Source: Octopus vulgaris
Taxonomy: Eukaryota
Assembly: GCA_951406725.2 (NCBI GenBank)
Contig: OX597816.1
Location: 159,402,001 to 159,466,000 of the forward strand
Length of the DNA stretch: 64,000 nt
Direction of reading: 5' to 3'
Part shown: piece by piece, positions 39,490 to 53,948 of the stretch
Layout: each line of letters starts with the position of its first letter
How positions within the stretch are numbered: position 1 is the stretch's first letter
Translations under genes and position numbers: made by a program
Notes under the pieces: generated by a model
What the model was told of the DNA's origin: nothing
The model's database searches: none
What the model saw: only the letters and a program-made list of their open reading frames with translations

Positions 39490-41250
39490 TAACTTTCGGT
39501 GAATGAAGAAATTTAACACCACTAGCTTTAGTTGTGTTTCTTGCCGTAATTCCTGTGGAATTGCAGGTAGTTGATTACCCATGTGCTTCTTGAATACATC
39601 TACATTCACTCCATGTAGATTTCCTAGTTCCTTTACCAATATATTACAAAGATATGGGCTTTTGAACCCATGGTCGTGGTTCCTATTTTCTATGGAGATA
39701 GTGGGACCTTCGGGATTATACAAAGGCGACCAGATCAGGGATTCTTATAGCTTTCAAAGCGTGAATCTTTCAAGTATCTTCTATATATAAATCACTACAT
39801 ATCTTTCTCGACTTCTTTCCAGAAAGTAAAGTGTTAACGCTTTTAACTTCTCCCAGTGGCATAGCTCTTGTATTGAGGTGATCTTCGTGAAGTATCGCCA
39901 ATTTGTTTCCGTATTTCCTTTTAGTTTAATACTTTTTTGGCAGCTATAGTCGAGAACAGTGGTCCAGGTAGCTGAGGGCAAGGGTTCTCCACAAAAGCAA
40001 CATGGTTTCCTACTCACTTATACTGAATGATCTCAGAATTCTTCCCGGCATCTTTTTTGAAAATCGTTGCAACTTTAGTATTGTGTGCATGAAAGATCCT
40101 TCATTACTCATATATATCCCAGGTTACGTAGAGAGCGACTCTGGAATTGCAGTCATTCCACGTCTTGTGTACCTTGGTTGTGAAGATTTTGTAAGCTGAT
40201 AGCAAAGAGCTCTTACATATTCTTTTCTTCAGCCCACCGGTAGATAGCATTAAGGTTCTGTTGCAGATTTACAGCATCGCCAGAGTTCTCTATTGAATGG
40301 GATACTTTCGCATCATCAGCATAACTTGAGAGAATGGTTGTTTGCATACCTGAATGTAACAGTTCTTTGTAGGATTCCACTCAAAATCGGTGTTTCCTTT
40401 GAGAGAGTGCCGTTGATTGTAACTCTCTGACTTAAAAAGTCATGCAACCACTCTCCTAATTTTCTCTGTAAACCGAGATCACGGAGCTTGTGACACATCA
40501 TCCTATGGTACACTTTATTGAAGGTTTTCGCAAAGTCGAGTTACATGACGTCCAAGGTCGATTGATTAAGTTACTGTTCCAGCAGCTGGTCATAGTGCAG
40601 CAGAAGCCGTGTAAGGTAGTTCTTTCCTGAGCAAAAGCCATGCAAAGTGTTTGTCAGCAAATTATATTCTTCTGAAAGTGTGGTCATTTTCCTACGTTAA
40701 GTCAAAGAGAAAAGCCTGTAATTTTTAGCATCTGTTCTGCTTGCACTTTTATGACTAAGGCATGTTATAACAATGGAATTTTCCACTTGCCAAGAAACTT
40801 TGTAAAAGTGTCTGGAGTGGCTTAGCTAGAGGCTGTTTAAATATTTTTGGAGGATTGTAGGGAGTTCATCAGGGTTTGTTGCAGAATTTAAATTCATTTC
40901 ATCAATGGCCGACATTGCATCTTCCTCTTTTATGTTGATGTAATCGATGGCTGCCACTTTTTTACACAGAGCTTTTGTACTAAAGAATTCATTTTCCTTA
41001 CTTACCTGCATGTGGAGAGGTGAAAACACTTTTCAATCACTCATTCAGTATTTCACTTATCCTTTGGGGAGCCGGATGTTTGCAAGTTGTCTCTTTAGAA
41101 CAAAAGCACTATTTTGTGGCAAATTTGCAGAAAACTGGGGAGTTTGTCTTCATATTCATTATAGACTTGGCTTCTTCATCTGATCTCTCCTTTCCATGAG
41201 AGTGTTTGATTTTGCTCTCTATTTCTTAGAGTGTTCTTATTAGGCAGAAT
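39490..41250 (-). mobile_element. Decayed CR1/L2-like LINE RT region
   Basis: Minus strand LDFAKTFNKV near 40530, SGILQRTV (GVPQG-like), YADD at 40312-40323; many stops and frameshifts. Confidence 0.8.
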
Positions 41251-41517
41251 TGTTCTTCGTCATGTGAGACGCCTTGGGACCTTGTTCTGTGTCTCATAAG
41301 AACTTTACTTTTTCTAGAAGTTATATGCTTGCATGTATATTGGTCTTTCCTTTTGGAATCTATTTAATTTATTTGACCTCTATTAGTGACATCAATTATT
41401 CACCTTTTATATCTTTGTCTTCAACAGAGAGACTTTTTCGCAAGATCTCTCAGGGAAAGGATTTTACACTTTTTGTCAATTCTAACAACGCGCTAATGCT
41501 TAGTAATAATATCAATG

Positions 41518-41559
<42 letters not shown>

Positions 41560-42189
41560 ATATAGTTACGTTCATGTACTGAACGCATATTTTTATTTAT
41601 CTTATGAATATGTGTGATTACTTCTCACATATGTATGTATGATTTTATATATATGATATACATATATATATGATTTTATCTCCAATGTCAACAACCGCTT
41701 TCCAGGAGCGGATTAAGGTGGTAAACTGATATCTTAAGGACAGCGCAAGAAATGTTTTCCTTCGACACTTCCAAGATATTACCTCAATGCTTGTTTGACA
41801 AAAATCCAGATGCCACAACTATATTACGTATAGTCTGGTTTGACTTGTGGGGGTAAGGGTCGTAAATCACTTCCTAGTTTCGGCGCGGGGAGGTTGAAAT
41901 TTGATATTGCTGTGATGAGTGGTCAGTCTACACCTATCTACCACTACAGGTTTATAGCTTTAAGTTTATAGTATGTGTGTGCGTACATGTACTCACACAC
42001 ACACACATACATACATACATACATACATACATACATACATACATACATACATACACACACACATGCGTACGTGCGTACATACATACATACATACATGCAT
42101 GCATACACACGTGCATACATACATACACACATACATACGTACATATATATAACAAACCAACTGTTACTTTCTCAGATGCAGCACGGATT

Positions 42190-42240
42190 TTTGTCAGTGA
42201 ACAGGTCGCGGTCTTAAAGCGACGAAAATATTTTGACAAA
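42190..42240 (+). ncRNA. Minimal type I hammerhead with G3-C8 swapped core, in a PLE-like block (42150-42340)
   Basis: TTTGTCA-GTGAACA-G-GTCGC-loop-GCGAC-GAAA-ATATTT-TGACAAA. Confidence 0.65.
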
Positions 42241-42399
42241 TTAAACTTAAATGTTGAAGTGAATCGAACGGCTTTTGCGTGTTTCTTAAATGGTTTACAA
42301 ACACCTTCCACGCTGCAATTGTTATAATTTTTTGTTTTTTATTAAATTCTCCTCCAGTCTCTCCTTATGATCATGAATGTGGGTAATGACCGAAAGAGC

Positions 42400-42630
42400 A
42401 CGATTGCAAATACAAGCGACTGGAACGGAGTTTTCCGAAGGATCTCGACAGGGTGCGTAGCTCAGAGATCAAGGAATCTCTTCAGGTAGAGCCGTTTCTG
42501 CGTTGAGAGGTCGCAGCTCCGTTTCTATAGGCATGTGATTCGAATGTCGCAGATGGACTTTTCATGCCGAGTCAACCGGTAGAAGAGCTAAACCAAGAAT
42601 GAAATGGTTGGATAATATCCATAACACTTG
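42400..42630 (+). mobile_element. Decayed RTE LINE 3' remnant
   Basis: VERSQLRFYRHVIRM resembles the RTE thumb motif LRWYGHV.RM. Confidence 0.6.
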
Positions 42631-42984
42631 GGAATCCAACCAGAAAGTCTAATAACGGTTGCTTTTGAGAGGACCCTATGGAGGAGGTGCCTGAAGACTC
42701 TACCACTACCACGTTTCCAGGAATAGTGGGCGGGAAATGGATGGATGGAAATTTATTCATTTTACTCTAGAAGTAGTAACAAATATACGAAGAAATTAAT
42801 TTACTAGAGCAACAGAGTAAACAATACCAATCTACAACACGTTTACCATTAAAACAGCAGAACTACTTATAATTTACCATTTGCATCACGATAAATCGAC
42901 ACAGGGGGAAAAAAGGACTCAAAAAAGTCTCTGTGATGCTTCATTTCCTTGGTTCTCCTAAGCATTTATTTAAATTGTTTAAAC

Positions 42985-43245
42985 CAGAGGTCCAACCATC
43001 TAACCACATAGAAAGAATCAATTGTTTAATTTCCTTTTAATTTTATTGACTACAGAGTGTTTATTCTTTTTGACAACATAGTGTTTTTGCATTTGTATTA
43101 TATAATATATATGTATGATTTATGTAGTTATTAAATTATATATTATGCATTTTATTGTTTTGTTGTGCGTGTGATCCTCCGGGTGCGTGGAAAAATTGTT
43201 TTGCATGAAACAAGGACGTGGTACACAAAATGTTGGGTGCCGCTG
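42985..43245 (+). mobile_element. hAT (Charlie-like) MITE
   Basis: Termini CAGAGGTCCAAC...GTTGGGTGCCGCTG; 8-bp TSD GTTTAAAC/GTTTAAAT; subterminal CGTGGAAAAATTGT. Confidence 0.75.
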
Positions 43246-44028
43246 GTTTAAATATTTTATTCATCCGGGCCTATTTCCTTTCTCTCCTCCACACAGGCAA
43301 ATGTCCTTGACAGCTCTCCTCTTTGGCAGCTGTCACTCACTCCAACAACCGAGCAATATCTTTCTGCGCATTCAAATATACATCGTCTGCACATTCAAAT
43401 ACACATCGTCTGCGCCACACATCATAACAGTCTGGATTAGCTAAAATAGAATCCCTATTTTGGTACAAAATATTTCATTTTTCTAAGGAGAACATAGGAA
43501 AAAATGTTAATGTAGTTAATGTAGATCATTTTTTTTTCAAGTATTATTCTAGTTAATGCAGATCCTGTTTATTCAGGTATTAACAATCTGTTGATTTATA
43601 TGAGATAGGTCACGTAGCTATTTTGTACAAATAAAAGGTTTATATTCCCACGACATAAAAGAAAAGGATATATATATATATTTTAAGAGTCTAATTTTAG
43701 AAAAGTTTCTATAAACAGCGCCTATCTTTGGGAAACTAGCTATTTATATATGTATTCGTGTGAATATTCATGCTATTTATATAACTATTCGTGTGAATAT
43801 GCATATGTGCGGCGCATATATTTGTGTAGGAGAGAGAAAGAGACAGGCAGACAGACAGACAGACAGACAGCGTATGTATGTGTATGAAGAAGAGAGAGAA
43901 TGTACATATGTGCATATGTCTGCGTATGAGTGTGTGCATATGTGTTTTGTGTCTAATGTATGTGTGAGTGTGTATTTACTAACACAGACGCAGACACAAG
44001 CCTACGCAACAATATCACGTACACACAT

Positions 44029-44079
<51 letters not shown>

Positions 44080-44144
44080 TACATTTACATTTCAAGGCTT
44101 CAATCTTCTCTACACATACCTCTAAATATCTGTTCATTTTAGAT

Positions 44145-44679
<535 letters not shown>

Positions 44680-44877
44680 CTCTCCCTGTCTCCTCTCTCT
44701 TTCCTCATCTTGTCTTCTCTCTCTCTCTCTCCTCTGTCCTTTTTCTCTCCTCTCCTTCACCCTTTCCTCTTTCTTTACTCTCTCTCTCTCTCTCTCTCTC
44801 CTCTCTCTGATGTATATATATATATTATAAGATCATAGAGAGAACTATACTATAGTACATATATACATCTTCCATCT

Positions 44878-45245
44878 TTTTCTTGTTTCAGTCATTAAAC
44901 TGCGGCCATACTGGAGCACCACCTCGAAGAATTTTTGTCGAACGAATCGGCACCAGTATATATTTCAAAATTTGGTACTTATTCTATTGGGTCTTTTGCC
45001 GAACCGCTAAGTCTTTTGTCGAACACAGGTTGTCAAGTGGTGTGGGTGGGGAAAACACAGACACCAAAGACACACACACATGCCGGTCTTCTTTCAGTTT
45101 CCGTCGACCAAATCCATTCACAAGGCCTTGGTCGGCCTGAGGCTATAATAGAAAACACTTGCCCAATGTGCCACGCAGTGGGACTGAACCCAGGACCAAG
45201 TGGTTGGGAAGCAAACTTCTTACTACACAGCCATGTTCGCACCTG
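44878..45245 (-). mobile_element. SINE A
   Basis: Matches the family. Confidence 0.85.
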
Positions 45246-45262
45246 TAAAAAATAGGTAAACC

Positions 45263-45301
<39 letters not shown>

Positions 45302-45318
45302 GAGAGAGGGGGATGGAC

Positions 45319-45407
<89 letters not shown>

Positions 45408-45758
45408 TCGCTTGCAAAATATTCCACCTTCAAAACATCTTACAGTCAAGTAGCGCAAATTTATGCTCACGAACACACATACACACAGCACACACTCGAT
45501 CATACACATAATAGGCATATACAACACACACACATACACACACATACACACACATGCCTACGTCAAACAATCCGGGAAACCAACCACAGACCACATGAGC
45601 TGCTTTGACTCAAACGAAAGTCTGGCCACTTGAATTCTGCAAAGGAGAAAAACCAATTAAAGCACATAGACAGATAGACATAGTATTTAATTATATATGT
45701 GCATGTTTAGACATGCAGTTACATGCATGTGAATACATAAAGCAAAACATACAATTCT

Positions 45759-45997
45759 TATTTCTTTATTGCCCACAAGGGGCTAAACATAGAGGGGACA
45801 AACAAGGACAGACAAAGGGACAGACAAACAAAGTCGATTACATCGACCCCAGTGCGTAACTGGTACTTAATTTATCGACCCCGAAAGGATGAAAGGCAAA
45901 GTCGACCTCGGCGTAATTTGAACTCAGAACGTAACGGCAGACGAAATACCGCTAAGCACTTCGCCCGGCGTGCTAACGTTTCTGCCAGCTCGCCGCC
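45759..45997 (-). mobile_element. SINE B, tail type 1
   Basis: Full length; imperfect TSD AAAYATACAATTCT. Confidence 0.9.
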
Positions 45998-46069
45998 TTA
46001 AATATACAATTCTGCACATGCAGAAACTACAAATGCTGCACTTATACACAAATACATGCAAAAATGCAA

Positions 46070-46885
46070 ACGTTGATGTTGAAATTCCAATGAAAGAGCC
46101 TTGGATCTAGGTTAGAAAGTGACACTTTCTCTATTGGCAAGAAATCTTGAAATAAAACTGAATTATGGCAAAGATACATATGTACGTACATGGTGGCTGC
46201 CCCCTCGTTATCGAGTATGGCCATTGCACGAAGCTTAATCAATGTTGTTATCGTGCAATGCCTGTGCAAGAAGATTTTTTTAAAGTGAGGAAAGGCTGTG
46301 CACTGAGTCAATCCCACTCACTAAGCAACAGCAGCCATAATCCGAAAAGAAGAACAAGTCAACATCATCGGTAACCACTGAGCCGCAGGTTTTATGTCGG
46401 AGTTATCCCAGTTACCTGAGTTACCTTCTTCTAGAAGGATGCCCTAACAAAGGCAAGGAGTCCTTCACTCCCAATGGTTTAACCGCGCGATCGAGTATTC
46501 AGTCCGATTATTTCTATGTCCCCGCGCATGATACAGCCTTAAGACATTTATTGGATGGCCGTTGACTCTCAGGATTTCCTCCGCCCTTTGACGGGTTTTG
46601 TTTTTCATCCCGCAGGGTGACCAATAAACACCCTCCTCACCAAGCAAGCGTGATGGGGTTGCCGGTTTAGTCGCCGACGACCTGACCATGCAACAGGTTG
46701 TACTGCGTTACATGTTACCAGTAGCACTCGAAAGTGACCTGACATACACACACACACACATACATACATACATACATACATACATACATACATACATACA
46801 CATATACATACATACTTACATATATACATATATACATACGCACATGCATATGTGCATTTGCAGGCACACACAGATGTATACGTAC

Positions 46886-46940
<55 letters not shown>

Positions 46941-47262
46941 CATACATACATACATACATTCATACATACATACATACATACATACATACATACATACATA
47001 CATACATACATACATACATACATACAAACAAACAAACAAAAGTATCCTGTTGTTGATGTTGAAATTCCAGTGAATGAGCCTTGGATGTAGATTAGAAACC
47101 GGTTCTTTCTTTAATGGCATGACATCTTGAAATGAACTAAATAAGACAAACAAATAAAGTACCCTGTTGTTGTTGAAATTCCAATGAAAGAGCCTTGGAT
47201 CTCGGTTAGAAACCGGTTCTTTTTCTATAGGCAAGAAATCGTGTAATAAAACTGGACAATGA
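46070..47262 (+). mobile_element. Cluster of (TACA)n-associated elements: ~550-bp element (46190-46743) and three ~110-bp 3' ends
   Basis: Reverse-complement matches to 10993-11640 and 10826-10932. Confidence 0.8.
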
Positions 47263-48185
47263 CATACATACATACATACATACATACATACATACATACA
47301 TACATACATACATTCATACATTCATACATACATTCATACATACATACATACATACATACATACATTCATACATACATACATACATACATACATACATACA
47401 TACATTCATACATACATTCATACATACATACATACATACATACATACATACATTCATATATACATACATACATTCATACATACATTCATACATACATACA
47501 TACATACATACATACATACATACATACATACATACATACATGAACGTAGTTGGATTAACCTACTTAAACTGGCGCGAGAAATACATTATACCAGCAGGAA
47601 TATGTATGAGGTCATATTTGAGAACGAGAGTCGTAGATTCTCCGTCAGTTTCGACGATGACCATTCTGTAGCATCCTCTCCTTTCTTACGCTTGTGGTGC
47701 ATTACGGACTTCCCAGAAGAATACGCTTCCGCAATTCAGGGACAGAAGACGACTACTAATCACCTGATCAATCAAAGAGGTAACAATTCCACCATATCTC
47801 CACGTTGTTATAGAGTAACTCGTGGAAGGTACAGTGCCATCATGAAGAATGGTCATGCAAGCTAGTTACCCGGCGGCCTCAAAGGCTAAGGGACCCAATT
47901 CTGATGTACGTGTGCCCGCGGCTTACTGTCAAAGGCCCAGCTCATTATCCGCTTCAGCGAGAATGTATCCACATCTTTAGAAATAAGGAATATTGGAGAA
48001 TATTCCAATAACAATCGTAAGCCACTGCAAATATAACAGACCTGATATTTTTGTATGGGATAAGGAGCATAAGTCATATACTTTTGTTAAGGCCATCTGC
48101 CCATAGTTTTTCTGAGGTTGTGAAGAACGAAAACATCTGTGATGAATTAGTGAGAAGTTTATTGATATCGTACCTCGTTTGTACT

Positions 48186-48445
48186 TATTCTTTTACTCTT
48201 TTACTCTTTTACTTGTTTCGGTCATTTGACTGCGGCCATGCTGGAGCACCGCCTTTAGTCGAGCAAATCGACCCCAGGACTTATTTTTTGTAAGCCTAGT
48301 ACTTAGTCTATCGGTCTCTTTTGCCGAACCGCTAAGTGACGGGGACGTAAATACACCACCATCGGTTGTCAAGCGATGCTGGGGGAACAAACACAGACAC
48401 ACAAACATACACATACATACATACATACATACATACATACATACA

Positions 48446-48481
<36 letters not shown>

Positions 48482-48650
48482 CATATATACGATAGGCTTC
48501 TTTCAGTTTCCGTCTACCAAATCAACTCACAAGGCTTTGGTCGGCCCGAGGCAATAGTAGAAGACATGCGCAAGGTGCCACGCAGTGGGACTGAACCCAG
48601 AACTATGTGGTTGGTAAGCAAGCTACTTACCACACAGCCACTCCTGCGCC
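48186..48650 (-). mobile_element. SINE A, full length
   Basis: Matches the family. Confidence 0.9.
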
Positions 48651-48919
48651 TATGAACATTTCCATAGGAATATATAAAAAGAATTTTATAAAAGCCTAGA
48701 GATTCAGGTGTTTTCGAAGAAAGAAAAAAAAAGAAAAGCAAACTGACAGATGTCTTTCAAATCAAATTGATTAGTCGTACGGTAAAGGTGTGTAAAATAT
48801 TCCAAAGATTGCCCTGTTTCCGGAAATCAGCATAGATATATAATCACATGTGTCCGTGTGACACACATACATATGCGTACATGTATGCATACATACATAT
48901 ACGTACATGTTTGCGTACA

Positions 48920-48959
<40 letters not shown>

Positions 48960-48981
48960 CATACATACATACATACATACA

Positions 48982-49012
<31 letters not shown>

Positions 49013-50854
49013 GTTATTGGCGTCATAAGAATTTATAAACTTTAGAGAGAGCATGAAATAATTATTTTTTTTTTTTTAACTGTAGATCTCGAAGCTATAA
49101 ATAATAGCATGTAGATATTCATAGCTCTATGTGTTTCGAGATCCGCTGTTACAGAAAACAAAACAAAGCAATTATATACATATATGTATTGGAAAAATGG
49201 TGAAAAATATTGAAGCTCTCGTTTAGTAAGAAGGATTCTTCTGGAGTCTTTCCCATTTAGCTAGAATGGTTTGAGAAGAAGAAGAAGAAGAAGAAGAAGA
49301 AGAAGAAGAAGAAGAAGAAGAAGAAGAAGAAGAAGAAGAAGAAGAAGAAGAAGAACAACAACAACAACAACAACAACAGCGACAACAACGACCGCGACAT
49401 CAAAGTAAGTGTTTCTGGTTAAACAGCTCCATAAATTTCTCACAAAATTCTAAGCTGTCTAAACAGATTACATCATCTTGGTTGATAATATTGATTTTGG
49501 TTGTTTGGAGTCTCAATGAATTTGTCCTCTATATCACGACGTTGGTCTCAAGTCTCAGCATATTTGCTTCCTATCTTCAATTTTAAGAACAGCAACTGAT
49601 CGTTTAAAGAGCAGCCGATTTCGTAGTTAGTGTCATTGCTTGTATCATTAAAAATTATTTCGATGCCTGATTTCTTGATTATATTAATTATGATTTACCC
49701 TACAAACCGGTTTCATGCAAGAGTATTTGCTATAACGATATTTCTGCTTCAACTACTCAGCGCTGGATCTGGAAAATAGGTCAGTTTGAAAACATTGATG
49801 TCCAAGTCACAAAAGCAAAGTTTGAAGGAAATAGTTGTCATTTCCTTTGATTTCCAGATAGAAGTAAATAGGAAAAAAACACTTATTGACCGAAGACAAA
49901 AAACAAAACAAAAAAAAAAATGTTACACAGTGTAGTCAATAAAATTGAAATAAAATTTTAGAATTTATAATTTCTGTGCAGTCTGGTACCGAATGATCTG
50001 TGTGCCCCTGCTAGTCATCAGCCTGGTTACTGAAGACCTCTTCTGAATTATAGTACACCTGTTCAAGTGAAATTAAATATCAAATGGCGTTTCTCACTTT
50101 CGAAAATATTTAAATATCTCTTATGCCACGCAATAAACAGTACACATACACATACACACACACACAATACCACCAGTCGCGGGGTCGGACCACCGGTGAC
50201 TAAATCAGCAAGAATGCCAATCTTGCTTGGTAAGGATTGTGGTTTTCACCGGACACCCTCCAAGACGAAAAGCAAAACCTCTCAAAGAGCAGATTAGCTC
50301 AGTAGAGTAAGCGATCATCAGGAAAATTCTGCTGTAACATCTGCAACTTCGTTTGCTACCAATGATATAAACTAGTTCTTATTGGGCAGATGTATGCGTT
50401 GTTCAGAGAGATTGGAATTGGTTCATGCAAAACCTTTCCTCACTTTAAAAAGCTTTCGGCAGAAGTATCGCTTCATTTTTAACGTCTCTATTGTGTTGCA
50501 TACTAAGGCCAGCCTTAAGAAAAAGGGAAAGTACTCAATGAAAAATTCCATGATGGGATGAAGGCATGAGTTGGTGTGGGTGGTAACTCTCCAAACACAT
50601 GCTGCAAAAAGCATCCATCATTTCCGCATATGTGCCCTCCTAGGGTTGAAAAATAACATCCGTTTTGCGCAAGTATAAGAGAACAATCATGAGATGGCAT
50701 TGCTCGAAATCGAGTTTTAGCCATTATAGACGCGCGCGTGCGTGTATGTGTGTGTGTGTGTGTGTGTGCGTGTGTGCGTGCGTGTGCGTTTGCGCGTGTA
50801 TATACGTGTGTGTGTGTGTATGTAATATGATACATAATATATATGATATGTGAA

Positions 50855-51183
50855 GGCGCGTGGCTTAGTGGTTAGGGCATTCGGCTCATGATCGTAAAGT
50901 CGTGAGTTCAATTCCCGGCGGCGCATTGTGTCCTTGAGGAAGACACTTTATTTCACATTGCTTTAGTTCACTCAGCTGGCAAAAATGAGTAGTACCTAAA
51001 TTTCAAAAGGGCAGCCTTGTCACACTCTGTGTCACGCTGAATCTCCCTGAGAACTACGTTTAGGGTACACGTGTCTGTGGAATGCTCAGCCACTTGCACG
51101 TTAATTTCACGAACAAGCTGTTCCGTTGATTGTATCAGCTGGGGCCCTCGTCGTCGTAACCGACATAGTGCCCCTACTACTGC
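50855..51183 (+). mobile_element. tRNA-derived SINE family C
   Basis: Head GGCGCGTGGCTTAGTGGTTAG (A box) and GAGTTCAATTCCC (B box); second copy at 57279-57605. Confidence 0.88.
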
Positions 51184-51199
51184 TCCTATATAATATAAC

Positions 51200-51405
51200 G
51201 GTTTCAGATTTTAGCACAAAACCAGCAGTTTTAGAGGAAAGGGTAAGTCGATTACATCGACCTCAGCGATAGATTGGTATTTATTTCATCGACCTCGAAA
51301 GGATGAAAGGCAAAGTCGACTAGGCGCATTTGACCTCAGAGCGTAAAGCCAAAACAATACTGCAAATCGTTGTTCGACGATGTAACGATTCTGCCAGCTC
51401 GCCAG
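51200..51405 (-). mobile_element. SINE B, diverged, tail type 2
   Basis: Matches the family. Confidence 0.8.
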
Positions 51406-51852
51406 TTTAATGAAAAAATAATATAATAAAAATACATACATACATATATATAAATTTATACACAGACATACACACTAAAGAAGTGTGATACTCATGTCTT
51501 CCTGTCACTCACTCACACGGACACTGTTAATTTGTCCTTTGACAACACTCTTCCGTCAACAGTGACAGCAAACAAACGCACAAGCTAATTAATTATTATA
51601 TGTAGATAACTCAAGGAACTTACTGAAACGCCATCTGCAGGAAACTGTAAGACATATTTAGTGACACATGTAATTAATTTATTATTCTAACGTGGCGAAG
51701 AGAAGAAAGCATTACTTTGGGGTTTTTTTTAATTAATATTTGAGCTTGGTAAGTAAGAGTGACAACTCCCAACATGTTATGATCTTATTCGGCCTCATCA
51801 GCTTTGCGTCTGCTTATCAATTTTGTATCTCAAGGTCACAAATTATAATACA

Positions 51853-52202
51853 TCTTTTACTTGTTTCAGTCAGTGAACTGCGGCCATGCTGGAGCACAGT
51901 TTTGAAGGGTTTAGTCGAACAAATCGACCCCAATACTTACCTTTTAACTCTGGTACTTATTCTCGCGGATCTTTTGCCGAACCGCTAAGTTACGCGGATG
52001 TAAACAACTAACACCAGTAGTCGTGGGATAATAAACACAAACATAAAACTCCCCCCCTCTCTCTCTCTCACACACACACAAGGCATTTGTCGGCCAGGGG
52101 TTATAGTAGAAGTCACGTACCTAAGGTGCCGCGCAGCGGTACTGAACCCGATACCACGTAGTTGCAGAACGAGCTTCTTAACCCCACAACCATACCTGCA
52201 CC
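51853..52202 (-). mobile_element. SINE A, diverged
   Basis: Matches the family. Confidence 0.8.
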
Positions 52203-53102
52203 TATTTAATCAAATGGTCCATCTGTATATATGCGTGGCCTTCTACTATTACTGTACATTAGTGTATTACTAGTGAGACAGCAAATGGCCGAGTCAACTG
52301 AATATCGAACAACCCAGATGAAAGGTTTTCGGGTCACTTGTGGTCACTGTTACTTCATGTACCTATACCAAAATCCGTAACTCTCAGTGACCGAGTTTGT
52401 CTAACTCTAAGTAGGTACCTGCATGGTTGTGCAATTCCTTTATAAGTATGAACAATACCGTATCATTAATGAGAGTTTTGTTAGCTCGCAGCATTGAGGT
52501 ATCTTCCTCTCGTGTACAAAGTTATCTGCGGCAGACCGATGTGTTTTTTTTTTCAGGAAATATATTTGTTTCTCACTCATTAAATGTTTCACAAATTTAA
52601 GTAAAGCAGCGATGCTGTGAACCGTTTCATGAACAGCCATTCGTGTCAATGATATTATTTTGTTAACACACACCCCGCCCCGGAGGACTGCAAAGCAAAT
52701 GTTAAACCTGTGGGATTTGAACTTGGGATACATCGAGGGATCTCTGTCGGAGTTCAACCATGTTTGTTACCCTCCCTTAACGTTGTTTGAAATTAAATCT
52801 GTTAAACACTAAATTCCTACAAATTTTATCAGGATTAACACAGTGAGAAAGAATTTTAGGTTTCCTGCTCTGGAATTCTGGTATGAGTTATTTAATTATA
52901 AGCGTAAACCCATTAACTGAATTTGTGAAGCAAAGAAAACATCACAAAGAACCAAACCCTTAATCAAGGGATAACTACAAAAAATACCTTAATAAATTTA
53001 TGTATGTGCGTACGTACGTATATATGTTTGTATGTGTGTATGTATTATATTTATACGTATAAAATGTGTAAATGTGTCAGTGAATATATATATATATATA
53101 TA

Positions 53103-53514
53103 GGCGCAGGAGTGGCTGTGTGGTAAGTAGCTTGTTCACAAACCACATGGTTCCGGGTTCAGTCCCACAGTGTGGCACCTTGGGCAAGTGTCTTCTACTA
53201 TAGCCTCGGGCCGACCAATGCCTTGTGAGTGGATTTGGTAGACGGAAACTGAAAGAAGCCCGTCGTATATATGTGTATGTATATATATATATATATGCGT
53301 GTGTGTGTTTGTGTGTCTGTGTTTGTCCCCCTAGCATTGCTTGACAACCGATGCTGGTGTGTTTATGTCCCCGTCACTTAGCGGTTCGGCAAAAGAGACC
53401 GATAGAATAGGTACTGGGTTTACAAAAGAATAAGTCCCAGGGTCGAGTTGCTCGATTAAAAAGGCGGTGCTCCAGGATGGCTGCAGTCAAATGACTGAAA
53501 CAAGTAAAAGAGTA
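53103..53514 (+). mobile_element. SINE A, young full-length copy
   Basis: Complete head to (AAAAGAGT) tail. Confidence 0.92.
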
Positions 53515-53530
53515 TATATATATATATATA

Positions 53531-53746
53531 TCTTTTTACTCTTTTACTCTTTTACTTGTTTCAGTCATTTGACTGCGGCCATGCTGCGCACCGCCTTTAG
53601 TCGAGCAAATCGACCCGGGACTTATTCTTTGTAAGCCTAGTACTTATTCTATCGGTCTCTTTTGCCGAACCGCTAAGTGACGGGGACGTAAGCACACCAA
53701 CATCGGTTGTCAAGCAATGCTAGGGGGACAAACACAGACACACAAA

Positions 53747-53789
<43 letters not shown>

Positions 53790-53948
53790 TACGACAGGCT
53801 TCTTTCAGTTTCCGTCTACCAAATCCACTCACAAGGCATTGGTCGGCCCGGGGCTATAGCAGAAGACACTTGCCCAAGATGCCACGCAGTGGGACTGAAC
53901 CCGGAACCATGTAGTTGGTTAGCAAGCTACTTACCACACAGCCACTCC
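53531..53948 (-). mobile_element. SINE A, young copy, tail-to-tail with the previous one
   Basis: Reverse complement of 53103-53514. Confidence 0.92.

Noticed and set aside
50855-50930. Functional tRNA gene
   Set aside because: It is the head of a SINE; it continues into a body that has a second copy with a TSD.
51770-51806. Minus-strand CTGATGAGGCCGAAT hammerhead
   Set aside because: No GAAA and no stem I or III partner.
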